The translations under genes were made by a program, and so were the position numbers. Source: a virus. From it: a DNA stretch of 24,280 nucleotides. The notes under the pieces are model-generated. The model was given only the letters and a program-made list of their open reading frames with translations. It was not told the origin of the DNA and made no database searches. Below, one piece after another: positions 1-9,980 of the stretch (the first letter of the stretch is position 1; every line of letters begins with the position of its first letter). The stretch lies in IMG/VR virus record IMGVR_UViG_3300040786_000030, positions 1 to 24,280 of that record; one strand, given 5' to 3'.

Positions 1-1440
1 CAACAGATGCTTCTAATTCAAATTTCTTTGGACAACAAGCTGGTAATGGCAACAGGTGCTACTTATTCAAATTTCTTTGGTTCTAATGCTGGTCAAGACC
101 AACAGGTGCTAAATTCTCAAATTCTTTATTAATGCTGGTATAAACGCATCCAGGTGCTGAATCATCAAATTTCTTTGGTCAAAATGCTGGTTATTTAGCA
201 ACAGACGCAAGAAACTCAAATTTCTTTGGTGGTGGAGCTGGTTATCAAGCAACAAATGCTATGCGTCAAATTTCTTTGGTCGAATGCTGGTATAGGTGCA
301 ACAAATGCTTATAGTTCAAATTTTCTTTGTTCAAGCTGGTTCTAACGCAATTGGCGCTAATGATTCAAATTTCTTTGGTAATAATGCTGGTGATTATGCA
401 GCAAATGCTTATGCGTCAAATTTCTTTGGAGCCAAGCTGGTTCTAGCGCAACAACTGCTTATAATTCAAATTTCTTTGGTATCAAGCTGGTCAAGGTGCA
501 ACAACTGCAAATAATGCAAATTTCTTTGGTGGTTATGCTGGTCAGGTGCAAAAATGCTTATAACTCAAATTTCTTTGGACAACAAGCTGGTTATGGTGCA
601 ACAGGTGCTTATGGTTCAAACTTCTTGGTCAAAATGCTGGTTTATTTGCAACAGGTGCTTTGATTCAAATGTCTTTGGACAATTTGCTGGACAATTTGCG
701 ACAAATGCTTATGCTTCAAATTTCATGGGTAATCAAGCTGGTTATCAAGCAACAAGTGCTAATAACTCAAATTTCTTTGGTATTGGTGCTGGTCGTCAGG
801 CATCAAGTGCTAGTAATTCAAATTTCTTTGGTTATAATGCTGGTGGTGGTGCAACATTTGCTAATAGGTCAAATTTCATTGGTCAAAATGCTGGTAATGT
901 AGCAACAAATGCTGATAATTCAAATTTCATCGGTAGAGAAGCTGGTAATGGTGCAACAAATGCATATGGGTCAAATTTCTTGGGTAATCAAGTTGGTTTC
1001 GAGCAACAAGTGCTTTAATTCAAATTTCATGGGCGTAAACGCTGGTTATAGCGCAATAAATGCTGAATCATCAAATTTCATTGGTAATAATGCTGGTTTT
1101 CAAGCATCAAGTGCTAATAATTCAAACTTTATTGGGTCAGCAGCTGGTTATAACGCATCAGGCGCTTACAGTTCAAATTTCTTTGGTCAAGAAGCTGGTG
1201 CAACAAATGCGGGTCAATCAAATTTTTGGGTCTTCAAGCTGGTAAAGGTGCAACAAGTACTTATAACTCAAATTTCTTGGTCAATCCGCTGGGGAAGGCA
1301 ACAAATGCTTATGCTTCAAATTTCATGGTCTACAAGCTGGTTATAAAGCAACAAGTGCTAATAACTCAAATTTCTTGGGTAATCAAGCTGGTTATAAAGC
1401 AATAAATGCTAGTTATTCAACATTGATTGGTTATAATGTT
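1..1440 (+). repeat. ~42-bp coding tandem repeat array (roughly 30+ copies)
   Basis: Recurring core TCAAATTTC(T/A)T(T/G)GGT...GCTGGT spaced about 42 nt apart, with variable intervening codons. Confidence 0.9.
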
Positions 1441-1803
1441 GGTAGTGCTGACGTTTTATCATCTATTGGTTCAAATAATATAATAATCGGTACAAACATT
1501 AGTTTACCATCAGCGACTACTAATTCAATAAATTTAGGTGGTGTTTTATTTGCAAGGAACATTTTCAGAACTTGCTGGTAACCCAAGTGTAAGTGCTCAA
1601 ACAATTGGTAGAATTGGTGTTAATGTTGTAACACCAACAGCTAATTTACATATTGGAGCATCAACAACGTTATCTGCTCTTATGAGACTTAATGTAGGTA
1701 GCGCCAACAGCACCAAATGAAGGTGATGTTTGGTTGGAAAATTCAACATTAACAGGTTTAAAAATCTGTTTATGGTGTGACTAGAACAATTACAATAACA
1801 TAA
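1..1803 (+). CDS. Repeat-rich tail fibre/adhesin-like protein (beta-roll/beta-helix type), 5' end outside window, frameshifted by sequence errors
   Basis: Tandem 14-aa repeats SNF(F/I/M)GxxAGxxAxxAxx continue across ORFs 296-514, 554-1018, 909-1346 and 1375-1581. They are followed by a fibre-like C-terminus (GRIGVNVVTPTANLHIG...APNEGDVWLE...TRTITIT) ending at TAA 1801-1803. Confidence 0.7.
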
Positions 1804-1843
1804 TATAATTAAATATAAAAAATGGTCTTTACTGTTTTCACAT

Positions 1844-1851
1844 ATATTTAT
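1844..1851 (+). promoter_or_regulatory. Putative phage late promoter motif ATATTTAT
   Basis: Intergenic, 34 nt upstream of ATG 1886. The same motif precedes several structural genes. Confidence 0.5.
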
Positions 1852-1885
1852 TAATAAGAAAATAATTTTTTTTTAAAACTAAAAT

Positions 1886-2091
1886 ATGTCAAATACAAAG
1901 AAAACAGTAAAAATCAAAGAAAATGACCTTGTTGAATTAATCGACAATATTCTAAATGAAGCTCTAGTTGTTAAAAAACAAGAATGGATTAGTGAACAAG
2001 CAAAAAAACAACAAACAAAACAGCTGTTTTAGAAGGTAAATTAGCAGCGTTAGAAGCTAAAGTTCAAAATTAACAGAGGGTAAAAAAATAA
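1886..2091 (+). CDS. Small hypothetical coiled-coil protein (~68 aa, frameshifted)
   Basis: MSNTKKTVKIKENDLVELIDNILNEALVVKKQEWISEQAKK...LEGKLAALEAKVQKLTEGKK. It lies between an ATATTTAT motif and a hairpin. Confidence 0.65.
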
Positions 2092-2107
2092 TTTTTTACT
2101 AAAAACA

Positions 2108-2145
2108 TAAATAGCTAGGAACATAATTTGTATCCTAGCTATTTT
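2108..2145 (+). terminator. Probable intrinsic terminator hairpin
   Basis: AAATAGCTAGGA-N12-TCCTAGCTATTT inverted repeat followed by a T-rich tract, directly after the 1886 gene. Confidence 0.65.
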
Positions 2146-2160
2146 ATTTATAATTGTTTT

Positions 2161-3247
2161 ATGGAAAATATAATCGAAAATTAGTTAAAGATACCATACC
2201 TTTGATATCAAGTGTTGACCGTGATGAATTTATCATGGCAAGTGAAACAGCTTTTGATTGTACGTTTGATGGAACTTCAAAATTTTATCCTTGGAAAATG
2301 CCAACTGAATTACCTAAATCTTTTAAACTAGAATTATTGTTGGAAGTTCTGGTAGTGGTAAATCAACGTTACTTAAAATTTTGGTATTGAAGAGAATCCA
2401 GAATGGTTATCAAACAAATCGATAATTTCACATTTTGAAACACCAGATATTGGAATTAATAAGTTAATGGCTGTTGGTCTTAATTCAATCCCATCTTGGT
2501 ATAAACCGTATAATGTTTTATCTAATGGTGAAAATTTAGAGCTGATTTAGCTCGTAAATTGAAAACTAATGCTGTGATTGACGAATATACTAGTGTAGTT
2601 GATAGAAATGTTGCTAAAGCTGCTAGTGTATCATTATCTAGGTATATTAAAAAAATGATATAGGGAATGTTGTTTTATCTACATGTCACCATGATATTAT
2701 TGATTGGTTAGAACCTGATTGGGTTTTAAATACTGATACAGGTGAATTACTTCACGGTTTTTTTTTGTCCGACCAGAAATCAATATCAAAGTTTATCGCA
2801 CAACAAATGATAGTTGGGGAATGTTTAAAGACCATCACTATTTAACTGGAAGTCATAATAATGCTGCTAGATGTTATGTTGCAATTTGGGAAGATACTGT
2901 TATTGGTTTTGCTTCAGTTATAACAATGCCAAGTGGTACCGTTAAAAACGCTTGGAGAGGTCATAGAGCCGTTATATTACCAGATTTTCAAGGAATGGGT
3001 ATAGGTGTTAGATTCACCGAAATAGTGGCTCAAATACATTTAGATGAGGGTCATAGGTTTTCACAAGAACAGCTCACCCAAAATTAGGTTATATAAAGAA
3101 AAATCACCATTGTGGAGAGCAACTAGTAAGAATAAAAAATTAAGAAAAGACGTAACTAATGAAAAAACATATAATGACCATGTTTATGATAATAAACGTT
3201 TATGTTTTAGTTATGAGTATATTGGTGATAACTCTAATTTAGTATAA
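2161..3247 (+). CDS. ABC-type ATPase joined (by fusion or frameshift) to a Mom-like GNAT acetyltransferase; putative DNA/nucleotide modification enzyme
   Basis: ATPase motifs: Walker A GSSGSGKST (~2344-2370), signature LSNGE, Walker B AVIDEYTSVVD, H-loop STCHHD. The GNAT half has FKDHHYL and the acetyl-CoA motif VILPDFQGMGIG. The frame changes at a T9 run, 2758-2766. Confidence 0.8.
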
Positions 3248-3655
3248 ATCACCACGTAATAGACGTTTAATTAAAGTTTTGGTATTCTCAGTTATGTCTG
3301 CTGATTTTTCTTCTTTAGAAGCTTCTTTTTCCATTTTATCTAATCTACTATAATAATCTGGAAATTCACTTAAATGGTCTAGAGTAATTTCTTTTGCTTT
3401 TTCTTTATCATTACATGTTCCATCTCAACCTTGACACCCATTTTAATCTGAGTTTCAATTTTAGTTACAGATGTTTTATGTTTATCAGCTATATCTTTAA
3501 TTGATAAGGTATCAGCTTTACCGATTGTATTATCACTTGATTCGTCTACGTTAGCGTGAAGCGCTGCTAAATATTTATTAACATCACCCTTTGTGCAACC
3601 TACTTTGGTTCCATCATCTTTTATATACGCATTTACCTTTTACTTTATATGGCAT
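3239..3655 (-). CDS. Hypothetical protein with DUF5661-like domain
   Basis: Rebuilt: MPYKVKGKCVYKKDDGTKVGCTKG...QIKMGVKVEMEH...KAKEITLDHLSEFPDYYSRLDKME...IKRLLRGDLY. The G-x-K-V-E-x-E-H...DHL-x-E-x-PDYY pattern is the one I associate with DUF5661. Confidence 0.65.
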
Positions 3656-3663
3656 AATTTCTA

Positions 3664-4191
3664 CTATTTATATAACTCTGGGTGTAATTTACCCCATTTT
3701 CTTATTATAACACCAGCGACAGCATTTGCTTCGTTTTCTATTTCACTACCATCTCCACCATCATTAATATGGTCACTAATTCTATTCTCTAAATTCTGTT
3801 TATGGTGAACTAGTTCATGTGCGATTGAACGACATACATCCATCACAGCCCTATCTTTAACATATACTTTGACAAACCCATCTAAATCATAGTATGCACT
3901 AGTTTTAATATCAGGGGTTCTTTCATATGCTAAAGCAATTTTAATGTCATCATTTATGTTTAGATGTTTTTTAGCAAAATTAACAAAATCAGCTATGGTT
4001 TTAATATCTTTTTTATCTTTAGTCACTATTGTCTCATTAATTGATTCTTTCTGAATTATCAAACCCACATTTATGGCAAACATATAAATCTTCTTTATCT
4101 GATTCAGATTCTTTCCAAGACCAACCGCAATTTCTACAAGTTATTGTTTGTCTAAAGCTTCTCTAAGTAATTGTTTTATTTTATCTTTCAT
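3664..4191 (-). CDS. Zn-ribbon + zincin-like (HExxH) putative metallopeptidase
   Basis: The N-terminus read across an indel gives MKDKIKQLLREALDK..TCRNCGWSW...YVCHKCG (two CxxC pairs). ORF 3664-4083 supplies RSIAHELVHHKQ and a downstream EIENEANAVAG (third ligand E). Confidence 0.7.
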
Positions 4192-4250
4192 ATTCAAAAT
4201 GGTTAGTAATTTGTCTAAACATTAATTTATTCTACTATACTAATAATATA

Positions 4251-4286
4251 AAAAAATCCCATAAAAATTATGGGATTTCTTTTTTT
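4251..4286 (-). terminator. Intrinsic terminator after clpC (possibly bidirectional)
   Basis: AAATCCCATAA-AAA-TTATGGGATTT hairpin, with an A-tract on the left and a T-tract on the right. Confidence 0.7.
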
Positions 4287-6763
4287 ATTTCTTTTAGTTT
4301 TTTTTAACGTTTTAAAGACCATTTTATTATCAACATAATCTACACTGATGGTCTCACCTTCTTTTACTTTTTCATTTAGTATTTCATCAGCTACACCATC
4401 TTCAATATAGGTTTGAATTGCTCTACCTAATGGTCTCGCACCATATGCTTCATCATAACCTTCTTTAGCTAAGAACTTAATTGCTGACTCACTAATTTCA
4501 AACTTATAATTCATCTCATTAATTCTTTCCTCTAACCTAGCTAATTCAACATAGATAATTTTATTTATATCTTCTTGTGTTAATGAATTAAAATAATAGC
4601 TTCATCAATACGATTAAGGAATTCAGGTCTAAATTTTTTCTTTAAAGCTTTTCAATTAGTTCTTTAATTTTTTTATCCTCACTCATTATATTTTCATCAA
4701 CATCAAAACCCATTGGTTTTCCAAAGCTTTCGCTTCAGTTACACCAATATTTGATGTAAGAATTATTAGAGCATTTTAAAATTAACTTTACGACCTAAAC
4801 CATCTGTTAATTGACCCTCATCTAATAATTGTAATAATAGGTTGAAGACATCTTCATGAGCTTTTTCTATCTCATCAAATAATATAACACAATGTGGTTT
4901 TCTTCTAACTTTCTCAGTTAATTGACCACCTTGTTCATACCCAATATATCCAGGTGGAGAACCAATTAGTTTACTTACACTAAATTTTTCCATGTATTCT
5001 GACATATCCATTCTAATCAATGCATCTTCATCACCAAAAACTTGTTCAGCAAGTAATTTAGCTAAAAGTGTTTTACCAACACCAGTTGGACCTAAAAATA
5101 TAAATGAACCAACTGGTTTATTTTTTATCTTTAATTCCAATACGGTTACGTTTAATGGCCTTTACCACTTTAGTAACAGCCGCATCTTGACCAATTACTT
5201 TACCAATAAGGTCTTTATCCATATTTAATAAACGTTTACCTTCTTGAGTTGATATTTTATTAAGAGGATACCAGTCATCATAGATACGATTTCAGTTATA
5301 CCACCAACACCTATTTCAGTAACTTCTTTATCTAGTTTTGTATTCCAGTCTGTTAATTCTTTAGCTAAAGTTTCATCGACTTGTCTTTCCTCATCTCTAA
5401 GTTTAGCCGCTTCTTCATATTTTTGTACTACTTCTTTTTTTTCTTTTCAATTATCTCATTTTTTCTTTCTTCTAATAAAACAATTGAATTAGGTTTTACA
5501 CCATTAATATTAGTAGCAGCACCAGCTTCGTCCATTACATCAATCGCTTTATCTGGCATTGACCTATCCATAATATATCTTGCAGATAATTTAACACACT
5601 CATCAATAGCTTCTTCAGTATATATAACTCTATGATGTTTTTCATATTTATCTTTGATACTCATCAAGATAGTTTTTGTTTCAGCTAAAGTAGGTTCTTC
5701 TACCAGTACTTGTTGAAACCTTCTAGTTAACGCTGCATCTTTTCGATATTTTCTCTATATTCATCTAAAGTTGTTGCACCAATAACTTGTAATTCACCAC
5801 GAGCTAAAGCTGGTTTAAATATATTTGAAGCGTCTAATGACCCAGATGCATTACCAGCACCTATTATTGTATGTAACTCATCAATAAATAAGACAACATC
5901 AGGATTGTTTTTACATTCTTGTAAAATCGCTTTCATTCTTTCTTCAAATTGACCACGAAATTTAGTACCAGCAACTATACTAGCAATATCTAAAGTAAAA
6001 TTCTTTTACCAATAAGTGTTCTTGGTGCGGTACCATCTTTGATTAATTGAGCTAAACCTTCTACAATACTTGTCTTTCCAACACCAGGCTCACCTATAAG
6101 TATTGGGTTGTTTTTTTCCTACGTGAAAGAATTTGAGCAACTCTTTTATCTCAGGTTTTCTACCAATAACTGGGTCAATTTCGCCATTATCAACAGCTTT
6201 AGAAATGTCTCTACAGAAATTATCTAAAACTGGTGTTTTAGATTTACCCTCGTTTGGTTTTATTTTTCTTTTAAAGGTATTATCATCGTCACTATCGTCG
6301 TAGACTCCATTATTTGGTGTTTCTCCTGTCATTTCTTTTAGTTTTTTATTAAATGAATTATAATTTATACCAGCTACGCTCAGAATATCGTTTATAGGTA
6401 ATTTAGAAGATAAAATAGCTAAGATAACATGTTTAGAATCTATTACGTTATCATTTAATTTTCACACTCTATATCAACTTTTTTAAATATTGCTTTATGT
6501 CATCTGAGAATGGTGGCTTTCTTTTAGTTGAAACCACAATTTAGGGATTAAATCTGAAACTCTAAGGTATTCAGAAAGATTATCTTGTAATGTAATAATA
6601 TCTACGTTTAATTCTTTAAATATTTTAACACATTCATTTTCTTCATCTGTAAGAATAGATATTATAATATGTTCTGGTCTTACTTGAATATCGTCTAGTG
6701 TCTGAGCTTTTTTATCGCTTTATTAATCACAATTTTAACCCTAGGGTGAATATCTTTACTCAT
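4285..6763 (-). CDS. clpC: ATP-dependent Clp protease ATP-binding subunit, ClpC type (3' end approximate)
   Basis: Clp-N domain from ATG 6763 ([11 protein letters not shown]). AAA1: [59 protein letters not shown] middle domain [15 protein letters not shown]2: [68 protein letters not shown]. Confidence 0.93.
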
Positions 6764-6790
6764 ATATTTTATTTGTTATTTATCGTTATG

Positions 6791-6798
6791 CAAATGTA
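6791..6798 (-). promoter_or_regulatory. Bacteroidota-type -7 element (TACATTTG) upstream of clpC
   Basis: Reverse complement of CAAATGTA matches TAnnTTTG, 27 nt upstream of the clpC ATG. No clear -33 element. Confidence 0.5.
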
Positions 6799-6822
6799 CA
6801 ATATTTTTTATTAAAACCATAC

Positions 6823-6853
6823 TTGATTCTTTAAATAAATATTAGTAACTTTG
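6823..6853 (+). promoter_or_regulatory. Bacteroidota primary-sigma promoter TTG-N20-TAACTTTG
   Basis: TTG 6823-6825 and TAACTTTG 6846-6853, upstream of ATG 6874 and divergent from clpC. Confidence 0.7.
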
Positions 6854-6873
6854 TATAAAAGTAAACGAAAGAT

Positions 6874-7083
6874 ATGTGTGATAACGTAATATATAGTCAA
6901 ATTGAGATTTTATTAAAGTCTAGTGATGTAAATAGTCACTCAGTCAGTAGATTAGAATTCAATAAATGCAAATTAATTATTACATATAACCATATAATAA
7001 TTGAAGAATTAATAATCGATGGTTCTCAAGTTGCTAAAATTTTTAATATAAGTGAGATAACATCTTACAGAAAAACTAAATAA
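6874..7083 (+). CDS. Hypothetical protein (69 aa)
   Basis: Intact ORF directly after the promoter; first gene of the + strand operon. Confidence 0.7.
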   Translation: MCDNVIYSQIEILLKSSDVNSHSVSRLEFNKCKLIITYNHIIIEELIIDGSQVAKIFNISEITSYRKTK

Positions 7084-7093
7084 ATAAAAAAAA

Positions 7094-7556
7094 ATGTTAC
7101 TAAAAAGACAAGAAAAGACGAGAAAATTAAATCAATTTATGCATCATCAAATATATGTGCATCTATTTATGATAAAAACACTAAAGATTTTACCATTATA
7201 TTCAATAATGGTGGTCAATACGTTTACTCCACAGTTAGTGAAACTGATTATACTAGATTTGAATTAGCTGATAGTCAAGGGTTAGTTTTAATTCACATAT
7301 CAAAAAAATACCCATTTGTTAAATTAGATAAAATAGACACTAAAGCTATTTTAACTGAAGTTACTGAGATTAAAACTAATGAAGAAACAATTAAATTTAA
7401 TTACACATTAAAACTATTAATGGATAAAATGAAGAATATACTTGACACTTATGAAATTAGTAAAACGGTTGAACCTTTAAAATTACTAATTTAAAAGATT
7501 TAATTTTAGATTATGAGAAAGTAAAACCAATTAAAACAGATATAATCAATGATTAA
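7094..7556 (+). CDS. KTSC-domain protein with C-terminal extension (frameshifted)
   Basis: SSNICASIYDKNTKDFTIIFNNGGQYVYSTVSETDYTRFELADSQGLVFNSHIK fits the KTSC pattern SS.I....YD......I.F..G..Y.Y..V....Y..F..A.S.G..FN..IK. Confidence 0.8.
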
Positions 7557-7877
7557 TAAAATAATAAAAGACAATTTAGAATTAAATCCATTTGTTAAAT
7601 TTATACAATCACCATCATCAAATATCCAAATTTATGGTTTTGATGACATAAGAACGATATCAGTTAACGCAGACAATATTTTTTTACCAGACCTAGTAAC
7701 TATTGATAGTTTTAAATTTATTAAAGATGATAAAACAAAACTTTTATGTTTTGTTTTTATGAAGATAAAGATGGTGAAATTATTAACACAGTTCAAACTG
7801 CGGTAGTTTATTGTCCCATTACTTTTGAACCACGTGAAAAAGTAGTTACAAAATTAGTATGGGTAAAATACAATTAA
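7549..7877 (+). CDS. Hypothetical protein (one frameshift near 7750)
   Basis: ORF 7549-7806 plus an alternative-frame continuation YEDKDGEIINTVQTAVVYCPITFEPREKVVTKLVWVKYN-stop; overlaps both neighbours. Confidence 0.5.
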
Positions 7878-8188
7878 CTAGCGATGAAATTGAAACTATA
7901 ATAATAAAAAATTCACATATTGATAGGGATTTTAGGTTACGTTATTTTAATTTATTAGATTATACCGAAACTGATGGTTTTATTGGTGGACATACTTATA
8001 GTAAGTTCAAGACAACACCAAACCATTTAAATAGTGAAAAAACAGATATTTTACAATCGCTATATCATAGACTTGGTATTCCAACAAAAAAAGTACTTGA
8101 TAGGTGGTTACATAAATTAGACAATTTAAACAAAATAACAATAAGTATTGATAATGAAGATGAGTATCTTTTATTATTATTAAATTAA
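7859..8188 (+). CDS. Hypothetical protein (109 aa)
   Basis: Intact ORF filling the operon gap before thyA. Confidence 0.6.
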   Translation: MGKIQLTSDEIETIIIKNSHIDRDFRLRYFNLLDYTETDGFIGGHTYSKFKTTPNHLNSEKTDILQSLYHRLGIPTKKVLDRWLHKLDNLNKITISIDNEDEYLLLLLN

Positions 8189-8197
8189 AATGAACAC

Positions 8198-9502
8198 ATG
8201 AATAAATTAGACATAGATTACACAAACTTACTTAAAGATATATTAATTAATGGGGTTAATAAAATGACCGAACAGGTACAGGCACAATTTCATTATTTGG
8301 AAAACAAATAAGGCATAAAATGAAAGATGGTTTCCTTTACTTACAACTAAGAAAATGCCATTCAAAGTAATCGTAACAGAGTTATTATGGTTTTAAATGG
8401 TGATACAAATATTAAATATTTGGTTGATAATGGTTGTAATATTTGGAATGGAGATTGTTATAAGCACTATTTGAATAACTATAAACCTGATGATGAAAAT
8501 GAACCAGATTGGATGCGACCTGAAAGTGATTTTCAATGTCTACCAGAAGAAGAATTTATCAATAAAATTAAAACAGATAGTAAGTTTGCTAAAAATGGGG
8601 TGAATTAGGTCCAGTTTATGGTAAGCAATGGAGGGCTTGGTCAACAATGGGTAAAACCAAGAAATGAATACTATGTTTACTATTGAGGAAAATATGAAAA
8701 TGAATTCAATAGACCAAATCCAAAATGCAATTAACCTTTAAAACCGACCCTGATTCAAGACGTAATATTGTCAATGCTTGGAATGTTGGGGAATTAGACC
8801 AAATGGTTCTTCCACCTTGTCATAATTTTTCCAATTTTACACAAGAGAGTTGAGTTTTGAAGAACGGCTAAAATTAGAAACAGATAATGAAGATTTTATA
8901 GATGATATAACAAGTAAAGATTGGCCAATAGGTGTTAAACAGATTGCTGAAGAAACGTTAAATGAAAAAACGTCCCAACTAGAGCAATATCTTTAATGTG
9001 GAATCAACGTTCAGTAGATACATTTCTAGGGTTACCTTTTAATATCGCATCTTATGCTCTATTATTAGAGATAATAGGTAAAATAGTTAATATGGTACCA
9101 GAAGAATTAATTGGTAATCTTGGTGATACTCATTTGTATTCAAACCATGTTAATCAAGCTATTCAACAAATTGGTGTTAACTTATCATTAGATGAATATA
9201 TTAAATTATATAACCCAGAAACATGGGAAAAAGTAGTTAAGCTTAGAGCTGAAAAACATGTAGCTATTAAACTAGAAAATTACCAAGAAGCTGCTAATAT
9301 TAAACATTTAGAAAAAGAGGTATTAGGGTTAATTGAGGATATTGATATAGAAACCAGAGAACCATTTGATTTACCTAAATTAGTTTTTGATTTTAATAAC
9401 GAAGAATTAATTGGTGATGTATTGAAACAATTATCACCTAAATCGTTTAAATTAGATGGTTATAAATCACACGCAGAAATTAAAGCACCGTTATCGAATT
9501 AA
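8198..9502 (+). CDS. thyA: Thymidylate synthase ThyA with several insertions (frameshifted)
   Basis: [43 protein letters not shown], catalytic [18 protein letters not shown] (Asn = dUMP-type specificity), [10 protein letters not shown]-terminal IKAPLSN. Confidence 0.95.
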
Positions 9503-9535
9503 AATATAATATTATAACAATATAAACTATTTATA

Positions 9536-9669
9536 ATGAAACAAGAAACAATGAACCATAAAGAATATTATGAAATGTTAAAAGCGTGTAAATTAGGTAA
9601 TAAAATTTTAATATATACAGTAATTGTAGTAATATTAGTCACTTTCTAGTGATATCTTTTCGAAAATAA
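9536..9669 (+). CDS. Putative small single-pass membrane protein
   Basis: MKQETMNHKEYYEMLKACKLGNKILIYTVIVVILVTF, with a hydrophobic C-terminal stretch. It lies between thyA and a terminator; the stop position is uncertain. Confidence 0.4.
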
Positions 9670-9675
9670 ATAAAT

Positions 9676-9708
9676 AAAGCTGATATTCGTATTAGCTTTT
9701 TTTTTTTT
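9676..9708 (+). terminator. Intrinsic terminator of the thyA operon
   Basis: AAAGCTGATA-TTCG-TATTAGCTTT hairpin (UUCG loop, one G-U pair) followed by a long T run. Confidence 0.85.
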
Positions 9709-9738
9709 TATATAATCATATGTTTTGGATTTTTAAAT

Positions 9739-9980
9739 AATTGCAAATATAACCATATTTATAATAAAAGAAAAAAGTTATGCCAAGAATAAGTGATATA
9801 CATAGTATTATGGTACCAGCAGAAAATGCAGACCTTTATGATTTGGTTTATTCTGAAATATTAGGGGTGCTACTGGTTGTACTATGAATGTTAACGGTGT
9901 TACCGTTAACGTGGGTAGTGCATCAAATATTGCACTTTGGATTAGAACGATTAGCGGTGGAACTGGATGTTACCTTTTAG
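9739..9980 (+). repeat. Direct repeat copy 1 (promoter + N-terminal ~68 codons), paralogous to 12106-12346
   Basis: Shared blocks: AATTGCAAATATAA..ATATTTATAATAAAAGAAAAA, TTATGCCAAGAATAAGTGATATACATAGTATTAT and TTAGCGGTGGAACTGGATGTTACCTTT; offset about 2366-2367 bp. Confidence 0.9.

Noticed and set aside
660-1245. Alternative-frame ORFs with (L/I)IQISLV repeats (660-902, 1060-1245)
   Set aside because: Out-of-frame readings of the SNFFG repeat, which happens to lack stops in that frame.
1-1440. CRISPR array suggested by regularly spaced repeats
   Set aside because: The period is 42 nt (14 codons), the repeats are degenerate at wobble positions, the spacers resemble each other, and the whole translates into a coherent protein repeat.
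3593-5635. Plus-strand ORFs 3593-3808, 4992-5228 and 5381-5635
   Set aside because: Antisense shadows of the peptidase and clpC genes.
8198-9502. dCMP/dUMP hydroxymethylase (hypermodification) instead of ThyA
   Set aside because: All canonical ThyA motifs are present, including DRTGTGT, LTTKK and LGLPFN with Asn.
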